Below, one piece after another: positions 50,244 through 60,695 of a stretch of 64,000 nucleotides of DNA (its first letter is position 1; each line of letters opens with the position of its first letter). Made by a program: the position numbers and the translations under genes. The stretch is from Nitrospirota bacterium. GTDB taxonomy: Bacteria; Nitrospirota; UBA9217. Below the pieces are notes generated by a model, which did not search any database, was not told the DNA's origin, and worked only from the letters and a program-made list of their open reading frames with translations. The stretch covers positions 928,001 through 992,000 of the forward strand of contig CAWCKW010000012.1 in NCBI GenBank assembly GCA_963796285.1, written 5' to 3'.

Positions 50244-51765
50244 ATGATTCAAAAAATTAATAAAATTTTCATCAGTTTTACAAATCGAGCGGAAAAAATA
50301 GATCACAAGTCATTTGTGGATAGTTTCGTTGACGTTGGCCCACTCTTTACGGTACTTTCAACCACTGAAATCAAATACTTTATGGACGCCGGGGTACAGG
50401 GAAGACACATGCGCTTGTGTATTAAGCTGAATCAAAACGAAGTGTTGGAGACGTACCGATTTATAAAGACCTTAGAAATCGGCTCTACAGGTGGTCTCTA
50501 TTCAGACCCTCTGGTGCCTTTCCCCGAAAGAGCCACACGATTACTTGTTGATACTCTCGTCGCTATTCACGGTGAATTGATTGATGCTGCTCTCAATGAA
50601 AGTACGAGGATTGATTAGTCAAGTATCAACTGTTCTTGATGACATGGCTGATTATATCCGAGGTCGTTGGTGCAGCAGAAGAAGAAGTGTCCGTAACCGG
50701 TACACATAAAACGACATCGGCTGAGGAGGCAGGTGTAAGCTTCACACCTAAAACAGTTTCTGTTACGGCGACAACAAAGGATATGCAGGAGCAACAAGAG
50801 CAGGGTTCATATCGATTGAAAATTACCGGCTCACAGTTCCATCGCATTCATTTTGGTCGCGTGGGGGACGTGTTTTCCCGTTTAATGAAGGTCTTGAATG
50901 GAAAAAGGTTTGATTCTGCTTGATGAAGGAGTGTTATTATTTTGAATTACAACCATATTGGCAGATTTATCAGAAGAAGCTTATTCCTGTTCAACATTAC
51001 AATTAAGATAGGCGCTATCGAAAAAAGAAGTAAATTCCAGCAAGCTCTTGAGGCGGGCGATTATCGCGGTATAGAACTCGGGGGTGATGCATCAGCACAT
51101 TTGAACATGGACGAATTCAAGGTATTTGATAATGATGTAGCGACGCTGTGGCTTTATTCCAGAATGTCATTTAGCGACATTATCTTCGATTGCAGATCAA
51201 GCTAATGACCCCGCCCTTCCTAATTCGAGCTTCGGCTTTAATCCGCAGCGATTTACGCGGAAAATGTTTTTCGCGAGCTTGACCGGCGGCGGAAGGTATA
51301 CCTCGTGATGGATTTTACATATTATGCTGGCAGCTCAAAGTGATTTCTCAAAACCTATTTCAATTGAAATTGTGAGAAAGGCCAGCAAAACATGGTATCA
51401 ACGCGACAAAGAATCAGCCGTATCGGCTAATGCAAAAGTACTGCAACTTTTACACTGGATAATCGATAACGTAATAGCACATAGGCGATCGCGTGCATTT
51501 TTGTTGCAGAGAACTGTATCGGCGGCTTTAATAGACTATCTTTTCGATGCAAGAGTACTGCATCTATTGAAGCGAAATGTCGCTGCGCACGATACGCCGG
51601 GGATTAGATACGATGTCTACAAAATTGATTATGGCTGTTATGTCGACCTCCTTGCAACAGCAAAATCACCTTTGGGCCTTCTTGAAACGGATTGGAACGC
51701 ATATTAATATTCCACCAGATGATTATAGGGCCATTCGGCGCGCCATTCTGGACATAGATATGTGA
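50244..51765 (+). pseudogene. P-loop ATPase (ORC/CDC6-like), heavily frameshifted
   Basis: RAEK..SFVD, NQILYGRRGTGKTH across a frameshift, IKIGAIE, EGIPRD, YKIDYGCYV; lower GC. Confidence 0.65.
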
Positions 51766-51793
51766 AAATGATCTTTCAATAACATCACAAATT

Positions 51794-51852
51794 GACTAAT
51801 AAACCAGGTGTCAGCCTTGAATCGGCTTGGGCGCGTGACCCGCGTGTTAGGC
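51794..51852 (+). mobile_element. Degenerate attC site
   Basis: GACTAAT ... GTTAGGC between the ATPase stop and the cupin start. Confidence 0.4.
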
Positions 51853-51878
51853 CCTGGAAGTACAGAGAGGAGAGCACG

Positions 51879-52223
51879 ATGAGCAACGAACAGGTGGCAC
51901 CTGAGACGAAAGGTGTTACGGTGAAGTTACTTGCAACGGTTGACCTTGGCCCTGAGATCGAGGGCATGGCAGGGCGCCAACTTCGAATGCGTATGGTGAC
52001 CATCGAGCCTGGAGGCGTCTTCGGCCCGATTCACGACCATAAAGACAGACCAGGCACCGTCTACATACTGCAAGGAACGATCACTGACCATCGAAATGGA
52101 GTCGCTACGGACTATGGGCCGGGAGTGGGCTGGCCCGAGGATAGGAACACCACACACTGGCTTGAGAACAGAGGAACGATTCCGGCGGTGGAGATCTCGG
52201 TCGATATAGTCAGGCAAGAGTAA
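51879..52223 (+). CDS. Cupin-domain protein (gene cassette)
   Basis: LRMRMVTIEPGG..HDH..RPG.VYILQG, HWLENRG. Confidence 0.85.
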   Translation: MSNEQVAPETKGVTVKLLATVDLGPEIEGMAGRQLRMRMVTIEPGGVFGPIHDHKDRPGTVYILQGTITDHRNGVATDYGPGVGWPEDRNTTHWLENRGTIPAVEISVDIVRQE

Positions 52224-52251
52224 GCTCAGGCCCGACATCTAACACGGTCGG

Positions 52252-52329
52252 GCCTAACACGCGGCTCAACCGGACGCGCTTCAGTCGGCTTCGCCTCCTT
52301 TCGCGCGCCGGTTAGCCACAACGTTAGTC
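52252..52329 (+). mobile_element. attC site
   Basis: R'' GCCTAAC, L'' GCTCAACC, L' GGTTAGC, R' GTTAGTC, palindromic interior. Confidence 0.8.
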
Positions 52330-52348
52330 CTATCACAAGGAGATTCTC

Positions 52349-53182
52349 ATGAGTTTATTTACGATCGACGAAAAGAAGTGCAAACGCGACGGAATCTGTG
52401 TCGCAGAATGTCCCCTCAAGCTCATCGAGATGAAGGACAGTGCCTCATCGCCGACGCCTACTGCCGATGCGGACGAGCGGTGTGTGCGATGCGGGCATTG
52501 CGTAGCTGTCTGCCCGCACGGGGCTTTTACGCACAACGCTATCAAGACCGGGGATTTTTCTCCGATCAGAAAAGACTTAGCTCTTACGAATGAACAGGCC
52601 GAGTATTTCCTTAGATCGCGGCGCTCCATCCGCACGTATCAGGACAAGCCGATCGAGCGCGAGAAACTCGAAAAGCTCATCAGCATCGCCCGCTATGCTC
52701 CCACGGGCGGCAACAGCCAGCAGATAAAATGGCTTGTCGTGAACGAGGGAAAAGACGTGAAGAAAATGGCGGGGCTTGTCGTTGACCTGTTTCGGTATAT
52801 GATCGAAAAGAAACATCCCCTGGCGGAACAGTATCGCCTCTCCAAAACGGTGACTGCGTGGGAATCTGGCATAGATGGCATCACCCGGGGTGCGCCAGCG
52901 CTCATCGTCGCCTATGCGCCCAAAGACTACGGACTTGCCCAGGTTGATTGCGCATCAGCGCTATCCTATCTTGACCTTGCCGCACCGACGCTCGGCCTCG
53001 GTTCCTGCTGGGCGGGTTTCCTGATGGTTGCAGCCGCACAGTGGCCGCCGTTTCAGCAGGCACTCGCGCTTCCCGAGGGATACCTGAGCTTCGGAATCAT
53101 GATGATCGGTTATCCGAAATACAAGTATCATCGGTTGCCTCCCCGGAATGAGGCGAACATCACATGGTTGAATACACCGTAG
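52349..53182 (+). CDS. Nitroreductase with N-terminal 2x[4Fe-4S] ferredoxin
   Basis: CKRDGICVAECP, CVRCGHCVAVCP, RRSIR, APTGGN, GLGSCWAG. Confidence 0.9.
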   Translation: MSLFTIDEKKCKRDGICVAECPLKLIEMKDSASSPTPTADADERCVRCGHCVAVCPHGAFTHNAIKTGDFSPIRKDLALTNEQAEYFLRSRRSIRTYQDKPIEREKLEKLISIARYAPTGGNSQQIKWLVVNEGKDVKKMAGLVVDLFRYMIEKKHPLAEQYRLSKTVTAWESGIDGITRGAPALIVAYAPKDYGLAQVDCASALSYLDLAAPTLGLGSCWAGFLMVAAAQWPPFQQALALPEGYLSFGIMMIGYPKYKYHRLPPRNEANITWLNTP

Positions 53183-53547
53183 TCCTGCTTGTCAGGGGAG
53201 CCAATGGGTCAGGACCTTCGTGTTGACAATTTGGGGACAAGCGATAGCTTGACCAGAATATGGTAGAAGCTATTTAAATATATAAGTGCAGACAGAGTGA
53301 AATTGCCGGGCCTGATCTGCACGTCTCTATGGTGAGCAATATCCTTCGTTTCAGCGATTGATAGCATGACAATAGACCTGCCTCTCCTGCCCCTATTTAT
53401 TCTCCCATACGGATAACGCATGAATAATTTGACTCGCGGCCATTGCTAAAAGATAACCGCTGTTGTGCCATTTTTTCACAAAAAGTGATAAACTACATTC
53501 AGACATAAAACAGTACTGTGTTGGCAACATGATTGGGAGGAACAATT

Positions 53548-55311
53548 ATGGCACAACATAAATGGATACATGTCTGCACCCTTTGAGTGATGATCGTTTT
53601 GTCAGTAATGGCATCGACCTCGACGGCCGCCGAGAAAAATGGACCCTGCAATAAAATCATAGAGGCCTGCAAGAACGCGGGCTTTGTACAGGGAGGCACG
53701 TCGGAAGGTATCGGTCTTATCGTGGATTGTGTTAATCCGATCATGCAGGGGAAGGCCAAGCCGCACAAGGCGAGCAAGGTGTTGCCGCAAGTCGATCATG
53801 AACTGGTGGAGGCTTGCAAAGCTAGGAACCCGGACTTTGGACAGGCGAAAGCTCATACATCGGAAAGCGACGACCAATCTTCCCCTGTGATCCCATTGCC
53901 TGCTGTTCCCTCGGCTAAGACGAATAATTCAGTTAAAGGTCCGAACGTCGTGTTTATCCTGACCGATGATCTTTCGCTCAACCTGGTGCAGTACATGCCG
54001 CACGTCCTCAAGATGCAGAAGGACGGCGTCACGTTTTCCAATTACTTTGTGACCGATTCGCTCTGCTGTCCCTCTCGCTCATCGATCTTCACCGGGCGCT
54101 ACCCGCACGACACCGGCGTGTTCAGGAACAAGGGCAAAGACGGCGGTTATTTGGTATTTCGAGATCGCGGGCTTGAACGGGTAACGTTCGCCTTTGCGCT
54201 CTCAGCTGCCGGATATCGCACTGCCATGCTTGGCAAATATTTAAACGAGTATCAGCCTGCAGAGCATCCAGCCTGCTCCAGGCTGGACGACCTGGGCAGT
54301 GGCGGGCAATGGTTATCCGGAATTTAACTACAAACTCAGGCAGGACAGCACAGTCGTGCACTATGGAAGGAAGCCAACGGACTACCTCACCGACGTTCTC
54401 TCCCATTTGGCAGTGCGCTTCATCAAGGAGAAGCCGGATCAGCCGTTTTTGATCGAGGTTGCGACCTTTGCGCCGCATGCGCCGTATACGCCCGCGCCGC
54501 GCGACCTTGATGCATTTCCGGGACTGCGCGCTCCTCGAACGCAGGCATTTAATGCCGCGCCTGATGCAAACGACCCCAATGGCTGCGCGAGATCCCGCCC
54601 ATTACCGAGGCCGAGATGACCGCTATTGACGCTGATTTTCGCAAACGCGCCCAATCAGTACTGGCTGTTGACAAAATGATCGGCGAGCTGCAGGCGGCTG
54701 TGGCAGCGATCGGCCAGGAGAAGAACACCTACTTCGTCTTCAGCTCCGACAATGGCTACCACATGGGCGAACATCGCTTGAGGCCGGGGAAGATGACCGC
54801 GTTCGATACTGATATCCATGTTCCGCTGGTCGTCACGGGACCGGGAGTTCCGGCCGGCCGAATGATCGATGAGATCGCGGAGAACATCGATCTTTGCCAA
54901 ACCTATACCGAACTTGCGGGTGTCGTGCCCCCCGCGAATGTAGACGGCCACAGCCTGGTGCCTTTACTTCACGGCCAGGAAATCGCAGATTGGCGGGATG
55001 CTGTGCTGATCGAACACCACGGGTGGCCGCAGAGACCGAACAGACCCGGACTCACCTGCCCACCGCTCAGGAAACCCGCCCACGTATGAAGCAATCCGGA
55101 CGCTGACGTCGATTTACGTGGAATACGCCACTGGGGAGAAAGAGGTACCACGACCTCGTCACAGACCCGTACGAGCAGCGTAATACCTTCTCGTCACTGC
55201 CCGAACGAGGAGAAGAAGTTGCTGCACACGGTGCTCGAAGCGATCAAGAACTGCCATGACGCTAAGACCTGCTGGGCTGCAGAGCATGCGAATTTTAGCG
55301 CAATGCGATAG
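53548..55311 (+). pseudogene. Sulfatase (N-acetylglucosamine-6-sulfatase-like), frameshifted
   Basis: PNVVFILTDD, CCPSRSSIFTG, GKYLN, APH, SDNGYH.GEH; in-frame TGA at 53584 and several shifts. Confidence 0.8.
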
Positions 55312-55663
55312 CAGATAACGGCTATCGCTCCTGGATCGAGGTTGCCGATTGCAAGCTTAATTTGTTTTTTTATTAAAATAATAACGAACTTACTTTCTAT
55401 TGCACAATCATTACGCTTATCGCATTCTGTTCAGAACATAGGCGGGATAAATCGGCAGAGATAGCGAACTGTACCAACCGGTCGAGAGGGCGCTGCACCT
55501 TTCACCATCGTGCGTAGGAGTTCACGTAAAATTAAATCTATGCGAATATTGATGGGTGACTAATGCCGATTGTTAATGAATCGTTCCCTGAGATAGCTTC
55601 ATGACGTGCTTAAACATATAACGGCCTGCCATCCGACAGCACAACTCACAATAAAGGGTATCT

Positions 55664-56035
55664 ATGCGAAAATTTAGCGGCATGGTCTTTATCATTCTAC
55701 TAATCCTCTGCATTGCGCAAGCCGCATACTATTACCCCCTTCTTCCGGATAACGTCGCATCTCACTTCGGGGCTTCAGGCCGGCCGGACGCATGGGCGAG
55801 CAAAGAGTTCTTCGTGAAGATCTATCTCATCGCCGTTGCGTTCGTCGCGGTCCTTTTCCCTGGTGTTGGATTCATCGCATCAAAGATCCCCAACGATTTG
55901 ATCAATCTGCCGAATAAGGACTACTGGCTGTCGCCGGAGCGAAGACACGAGACTGTCGACTTCCTGGTGCGGCAATTCATATGGTTCGGTTCCGCAACGC
56001 TTATGCAATTACTAGACATCAGCATGAGTAATTAG
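55664..56035 (+). CDS. DUF1648 membrane protein, probably C-terminally truncated
   Basis: LPDNVASHFGASGRPD.W, INLPNKDYWL.PERR. Confidence 0.75.
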   Translation: MRKFSGMVFIILLILCIAQAAYYYPLLPDNVASHFGASGRPDAWASKEFFVKIYLIAVAFVAVLFPGVGFIASKIPNDLINLPNKDYWLSPERRHETVDFLVRQFIWFGSATLMQLLDISMSN

Positions 56036-56240
56036 GGAGCTTCTCATAGTTAAATCAGCATAAGGCTCAATTGCCGCTTATTTTTTGATACAATAGTAAC
56101 AGGGTAGGTTATAGGAAAAGCATGATGCAATCGTATCGAAAAATGCTGTCTCGAATCTGAGCAAGAGAAGGTTATCACCGAGAACAGTGAACGTGCTTCG
56201 CACGATTCATACGTGATCTTACGTCTGATGGAATGAGAAC

Positions 56241-58127
56241 ATGATAGCAAGAATGTCGAAGGTCGAGATAGTCGGACCGCAGAGCTATTTGCAGGATGTC
56301 ATTCAGCTACTGCAAAAGCTGAATGTCCTTCAGATCGAACCCGAGCCAACGGAGCTTGCGGAAGAGGAAGCAGGAGACGATAAAATCAGGCCCTTTCTTC
56401 ATGATGAGCGGGAGAGGACTCTTTTTGAACGTCTTTTCCTGGACGATCTACGCCGCAAGATCGACGAGCTCCTTACGTATCTTCCCAAGTTGGCGGTGCG
56501 TACAAGCTATATCCAGCCACAATCGATCATCGGGACTATTCTGTATACGGTCGAGAAACACCTCAAGACCGCCAGAATGCTCCACCTGCGAAAGCTGGAG
56601 ATAAAACACGAAATGGCGGAACACGGCCACTTTGCCGCATTCCTGAACACCCTCGATACACTCCTGAAAGAGACCCATACCCCGCCTGATTTCGATATCA
56701 TCGGGCTCACCATCAAGGACGCAAGCTCGGTAGACCATGTGCGTTCGCTCGTGGCGAAGATGACGGGCGGGAACTTCCGATTTTTCACGGTACCGGCCGG
56801 AGACGGCACGCTCGCGGGGATGATCACCATTGAAAAGACCATCGCCGATTCAGTAAGCAAGGAGTTGAGCAAAGAGCATGTCCCTGAGGTGAGTTTGCCG
56901 CCGGATTTCGATAAACTTTCCCTTTCCGGGAAGATCAGTTATCTCGAAGCTCAAAACTTTACGTTGTCCAGGGAGAGCGAAACGATCAACAGGGAACTCG
57001 AAGAACTGGGGCGGCGCTGGATCCCTCTTTACCGCAGTGTTCTGGGTTGGATCGATGAGCGGATCTCGCTGCTTACGACCACGGCTACGATCTATCGTAC
57101 GCAGATGTGTTTTTATGTCCGGGGCTGGATGCCCTCGGACGACGTGGTGAGGTTGAAGGCGCAGCTGGATGCGTCATTCGGCATGCAGGTGGTCATGGAG
57201 GAAAAGCATGTTCGCGAAAAGGAGCTCGAGCATGCCCCGGTCGTTCTGGAGAACCCGCCCTACTTCAAGCCTTTTGAACTCCTGAGCCGCGTGCTTCCGC
57301 TTCCGGCATACACGTCTATCGATACGACGCCCTACATCGGAATTTTCTTTCCCATATTCTTCGGTATGATCCTCGGTGACGCGGGGTACGGCCTGCTCCT
57401 TGCCCTCCTCGCGTTCGTCCTCATCAGGCGTTATTCAAAAAACAGGGACGTTGCCGATGCGTCCAAGATACTTTTCGTGTCATCACTGTATACGATAGTG
57501 TTCGGATTGCTCTATGGTGAGCTGTTCGGCGATCTCGGCGCGAGGCTCTTCGGCCTTGAACCGCTCCTGATCGAGCGGCGGACATCGGTTGTGCCCATGA
57601 TGGTATTTGCTATCTCGGCCGGGGTGGTGCATATCCTTTTGGGTCTGGTTCTTGGCGTCATAACGGCGTTCAAGAAACATATCCGGAAAGAGGCGATCTA
57701 TAAGCTCCTGAACATCGCCGTCCTCTTCGGTATGATCGCCGTGTTCGCCTCTTTTTTCGGGTACTTTCCCGCGCTGCTTTCGAAGCCTATCATCATCGCC
57801 ATCCTGATAGCCGTCCCCTTCCTGTTTATCTTCGGCGGTCTTCTGGCGCCGCTTGAACTGCTTAAGAGCATCGGGAATATCATTTCATATGTCAGGATCA
57901 TGGCCATCGGCCTCACGTCGGTCCTGCTTGCATATGTGGCAAACCAATTGGCGGGGGAAATGGGTAATGTTGTTCTCGGAGTGGCAGTGGCCGCGCTGCT
58001 TCACCTGCTCAACATTATCCTCGGCGTGTTCTCACCGACGATCCATTCGCTCAGGCTCCATTACGTCGAGTTCTTCAGCAAGTTTGTGGAAAGCGGAGGG
58101 AAAAAGTTCGAGCCTCTTGGGAAATAG
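56241..58127 (+). CDS. V/A-type ATP synthase subunit I
   Basis: GWMP, FFGMILGDAGYG, SYVRIMA, RLHYVEFFSKF. Confidence 0.92.
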   Translation: MIARMSKVEIVGPQSYLQDVIQLLQKLNVLQIEPEPTELAEEEAGDDKIRPFLHDERERTLFERLFLDDLRRKIDELLTYLPKLAVRTSYIQPQSIIGTILYTVEKHLKTARMLHLRKLEIKHEMAEHGHFAAFLNTLDTLLKETHTPPDFDIIGLTIKDASSVDHVRSLVAKMTGGNFRFFTVPAGDGTLAGMITIEKTIADSVSKELSKEHVPEVSLPPDFDKLSLSGKISYLEAQNFTLSRESETINRELEELGRRWIPLYRSVLGWIDERISLLTTTATIYRTQMCFYVRGWMPSDDVVRLKAQLDASFGMQVVMEEKHVREKELEHAPVVLENPPYFKPFELLSRVLPLPAYTSIDTTPYIGIFFPIFFGMILGDAGYGLLLALLAFVLIRRYSKNRDVADASKILFVSSLYTIVFGLLYGELFGDLGARLFGLEPLLIERRTSVVPMMVFAISAGVVHILLGLVLGVITAFKKHIRKEAIYKLLNIAVLFGMIAVFASFFGYFPALLSKPIIIAILIAVPFLFIFGGLLAPLELLKSIGNIISYVRIMAIGLTSVLLAYVANQLAGEMGNVVLGVAVAALLHLLNIILGVFSPTIHSLRLHYVEFFSKFVESGGKKFEPLGK

Positions 58128-58220
58128 TCGCATAGGTCGCTGTGAAGCGCGCCCACACCCGCGCAAGAGACGATCGCAGCATGTAGGAAACCACACTTCC
58201 ATTGATAAGGAGGAACAATT

Positions 58221-58730
58221 ATGGATCCCGTCGTTCACTTTGAGTTGCCGTACGACAATCGGGTGCGTATGGCTAAATTCTATGAGTCAGTATTCGGTTG
58301 GCAAACGCAGTTGCTTGCCGAAGATATGGGCAATTATGTCCTTGCAACCACCACTGAAACCGACGAGAGCGGCCCCAAAAAAAATGGCGTGATCAATGGG
58401 GGATTTTACCCGAAAAAACCCGATTGGCCCGCACAATATCCATCAATAGTTATCGCGGTGGAAGATGTCATCAAAAAGCGCTTTTCACGCGAGGTGCAGG
58501 TCCATGGGAGTTGCGGCCTAGCCCAAACGCTGATCGCGAACGACCTCATTGACAAGTACAGGTTTTTGACTTTTCCGATGGTCCTCGGCATGGGGAAGCG
58601 GCTGTTCGGCGTCGGCGCCGTGCCGGCTATGCTCACGCTCGTGAGAACCAATACCACGAGCAAGGGCGTAATTGTGAGTGTTTATCGCCGCGCGGGGAGT
58701 CTCAAGACAGGCTCGTTTGCACTCGATTAA
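58221..58730 (+). CDS. Chimeric ORF: VOC/glyoxalase N-half joined to RibD-C/DHFR-like C-half
   Basis: VVHFE..FY..VFGW..INGG..IAVED then VHGS..LAQTL...LID.Y....P..LG.GKRLF. Confidence 0.7.
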   Translation: MDPVVHFELPYDNRVRMAKFYESVFGWQTQLLAEDMGNYVLATTTETDESGPKKNGVINGGFYPKKPDWPAQYPSIVIAVEDVIKKRFSREVQVHGSCGLAQTLIANDLIDKYRFLTFPMVLGMGKRLFGVGAVPAMLTLVRTNTTSKGVIVSVYRRAGSLKTGSFALD

Positions 58731-58850
58731 AATACCAACCGTGGCCAACGGTTGCATCGACAAGCGGGTATTTCAAGTGGGGTGCTGGAACATGGCAATT
58801 ACTGAAATGAATTTCGTCCAATAATTCATTTATACTGATACTGAAGAAAT

Positions 58851-59264
58851 TCAATATACATTGTCCTTCCGTTGGACGATAAAATCGTGAATCTCCACGA
58901 ACACATTAAACCAGGTTGCATCCGCGACTGTCTTGATACTTGCTCCGATGAGGAAAGCCGGTCCATTTTTTCTGCAATATTTTACGGCGATACCAAAAGA
59001 AATGTCCCGCGACAGCAAGCGGGAAATAGTTATGATGCACTCAGCATGGGTGTCGACATCGAACGGCTCCGTGCATTCGAACAGGATGCCGTGGCGGCTG
59101 AAGTTGTTCAAGACAGCTGGGACGAAATCGTTGCCAGCTTTTACGCGCAGCTGAACATATCGCTGATAGAAGGCCGGGACCTCGTATCGTTTATCCAACC
59201 TTTTATCGGAATTGTCACCCTCTGCTAATCGTTCTTGATCATTTGCGCTCTGTTCATCAGACAT
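58851..59264 (-). CDS. PilZ-like domain protein
   Basis: KRLDKRY (RxxxR) and NFSRHG (D/NxSxxG). Confidence 0.7.
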   Translation of the reverse strand: MSDEQSANDQERLAEGDNSDKRLDKRYEVPAFYQRYVQLRVKAGNDFVPAVLNNFSRHGILFECTEPFDVDTHAECIITISRLLSRDISFGIAVKYCRKNGPAFLIGASIKTVADATWFNVFVEIHDFIVQRKDNVY

Positions 59265-59414
59265 GCTCCGACCTCCCTGAAACAATGTCTCTGAAATAGG
59301 CCCTCGATTACTTGTAGCAGAAGATGATTAAAACTTCAAGGAAATTCGCGCGGATCTTTTAGGTCCTATGACGTGTATCATATTTTATTAGACCGGATCG
59401 CGCTATATTTCAGC

Positions 59415-60341
59415 ATGAAACTGACCTCTTACAGACGGATGACGCAGGCGTTCTTCATCCTCTTCATCCTCCTCATGCCGGTGCTGAATATCTTCCGGTA
59501 TGACACGGATACCCATGACCTGATCATCCTCGGCAACGTCTGGAGCCTTGGCCTGGAGCAGGGTTTCTATGCCGACCAGAGTGCTGCCGGCGCGTTCCAT
59601 ATTGCTGTCCAGTTTTTTCTGAAGGCCATCCTGCCCTGGATCCTCGTCCTCGCCCTGTTCCCTCTCCTCGGATTCCTGACAGGACGGTTCTTTTGTGGAT
59701 GGCTCTGTCCTGAAGGCGCGCTCTTTGAGTTTGCCGACGTTCTGACACTCAAGCTCCTCGGCAGGAGAAGCCTGTATGGGAAAAAGCCGAGCGATCCCGA
59801 AGTGCCGTTGCAGAACAGGGTACCATACGGTGTCCTTGCGCTTCTGAGCATTGTCGTGATCCCGCTGGTCAATGGTGTAGCGCTCACTGGTTTTTTTGTC
59901 GCGCCCAAGACCATCTGGCACCAGATCTGGACCGGGAACTTCACCTTCGGCGTAAAGGCCGGCATTATCGGTGTTGCGATCTACATGGTCATCACGTCCA
60001 TTTTTGTCCGTCACGTGCTGTGCAAATTCGTCTGCGCAGCCGGGCTCATGCAGATGCTGTTCGGCTGGATCAGCCCGATATCTCTCAGGCTCGGTATGGA
60101 CACCGCAAGAATCTCGGAATGCACGGATTGCAAGGGCTGCGACCGTGCCTGTTTCATGAACGTGACTCCGCGAAAGAACAAGCGCGACATTTCTTGCGTG
60201 AACTGCGGAGCCTGTATCCAGGCGTGCAATAAGGAACTCGGTGCAGGCAAAGGCCTTTTCCATCTTGGTTTCGGCAAAAGGTGCGGCCTGCATCGCATTA
60301 ATTGCCGGAATATCAGTACGCGTGAAACTATCAATGTTTAG
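59415..60341 (+). CDS. Membrane polyferredoxin (NapH/CcoG-like)
   Basis: GRFFCGWLCP, CKFVC, CTDCKGCDRAC, CVNCGACIQAC. Confidence 0.85.
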   Translation: MKLTSYRRMTQAFFILFILLMPVLNIFRYDTDTHDLIILGNVWSLGLEQGFYADQSAAGAFHIAVQFFLKAILPWILVLALFPLLGFLTGRFFCGWLCPEGALFEFADVLTLKLLGRRSLYGKKPSDPEVPLQNRVPYGVLALLSIVVIPLVNGVALTGFFVAPKTIWHQIWTGNFTFGVKAGIIGVAIYMVITSIFVRHVLCKFVCAAGLMQMLFGWISPISLRLGMDTARISECTDCKGCDRACFMNVTPRKNKRDISCVNCGACIQACNKELGAGKGLFHLGFGKRCGLHRINCRNISTRETINV

Positions 60342-60627
60342 ATTTCCTTGACTGTCTCCGCTGTTATGCATCAACCGCCTCTCTCAACTAAAGTATCACT
60401 CCTCTTCGCAGGACCGTCATTAAAAAACAGACGTATATAATTCTATGCACATGTTATTTTCTGCCGGAACAGGAATGATATGCGCATCGTATGCTATACT
60501 AGTATCATGATCAATAGAAATTCATTGCCGACCCATCATTTTCTTCAGAACCCGGCCCTAGTTAGGCTCTTGAATCCATCGCAGTTCGCATTTTTCAGAA
60601 ACATTTTGCACCTTCCATAAAAAGCGC

Positions 60628-60676
60628 TTGACAACAATCTCTATAGTGGTAAATTAGGGCCTTAAATACCCTAATT
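60628..60676 (+). promoter_or_regulatory. Promoter with overlapping 25-bp inverted repeat (candidate Rrf2 operator)
   Basis: TTGACA 60628; AATTAGGG-N9-CCCTAATT 60652-60676. Confidence 0.55.
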
Positions 60677-60695
60677 AACCTCAGGAGGTAGCGTC

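Noticed and set aside
19352-53586. In-frame TGA codons (19352, 53584) as evidence of stop-codon reassignment
   Set aside because: Many intact genes end in TGA, with ATGA overlaps such as copC/copD and rsfS/rlmH; the standard code fits
55320-56240. Additional attC sites around the DUF1648 gene
   Set aside because: Isolated TAAC/GTTA-like words without complementary L boxes
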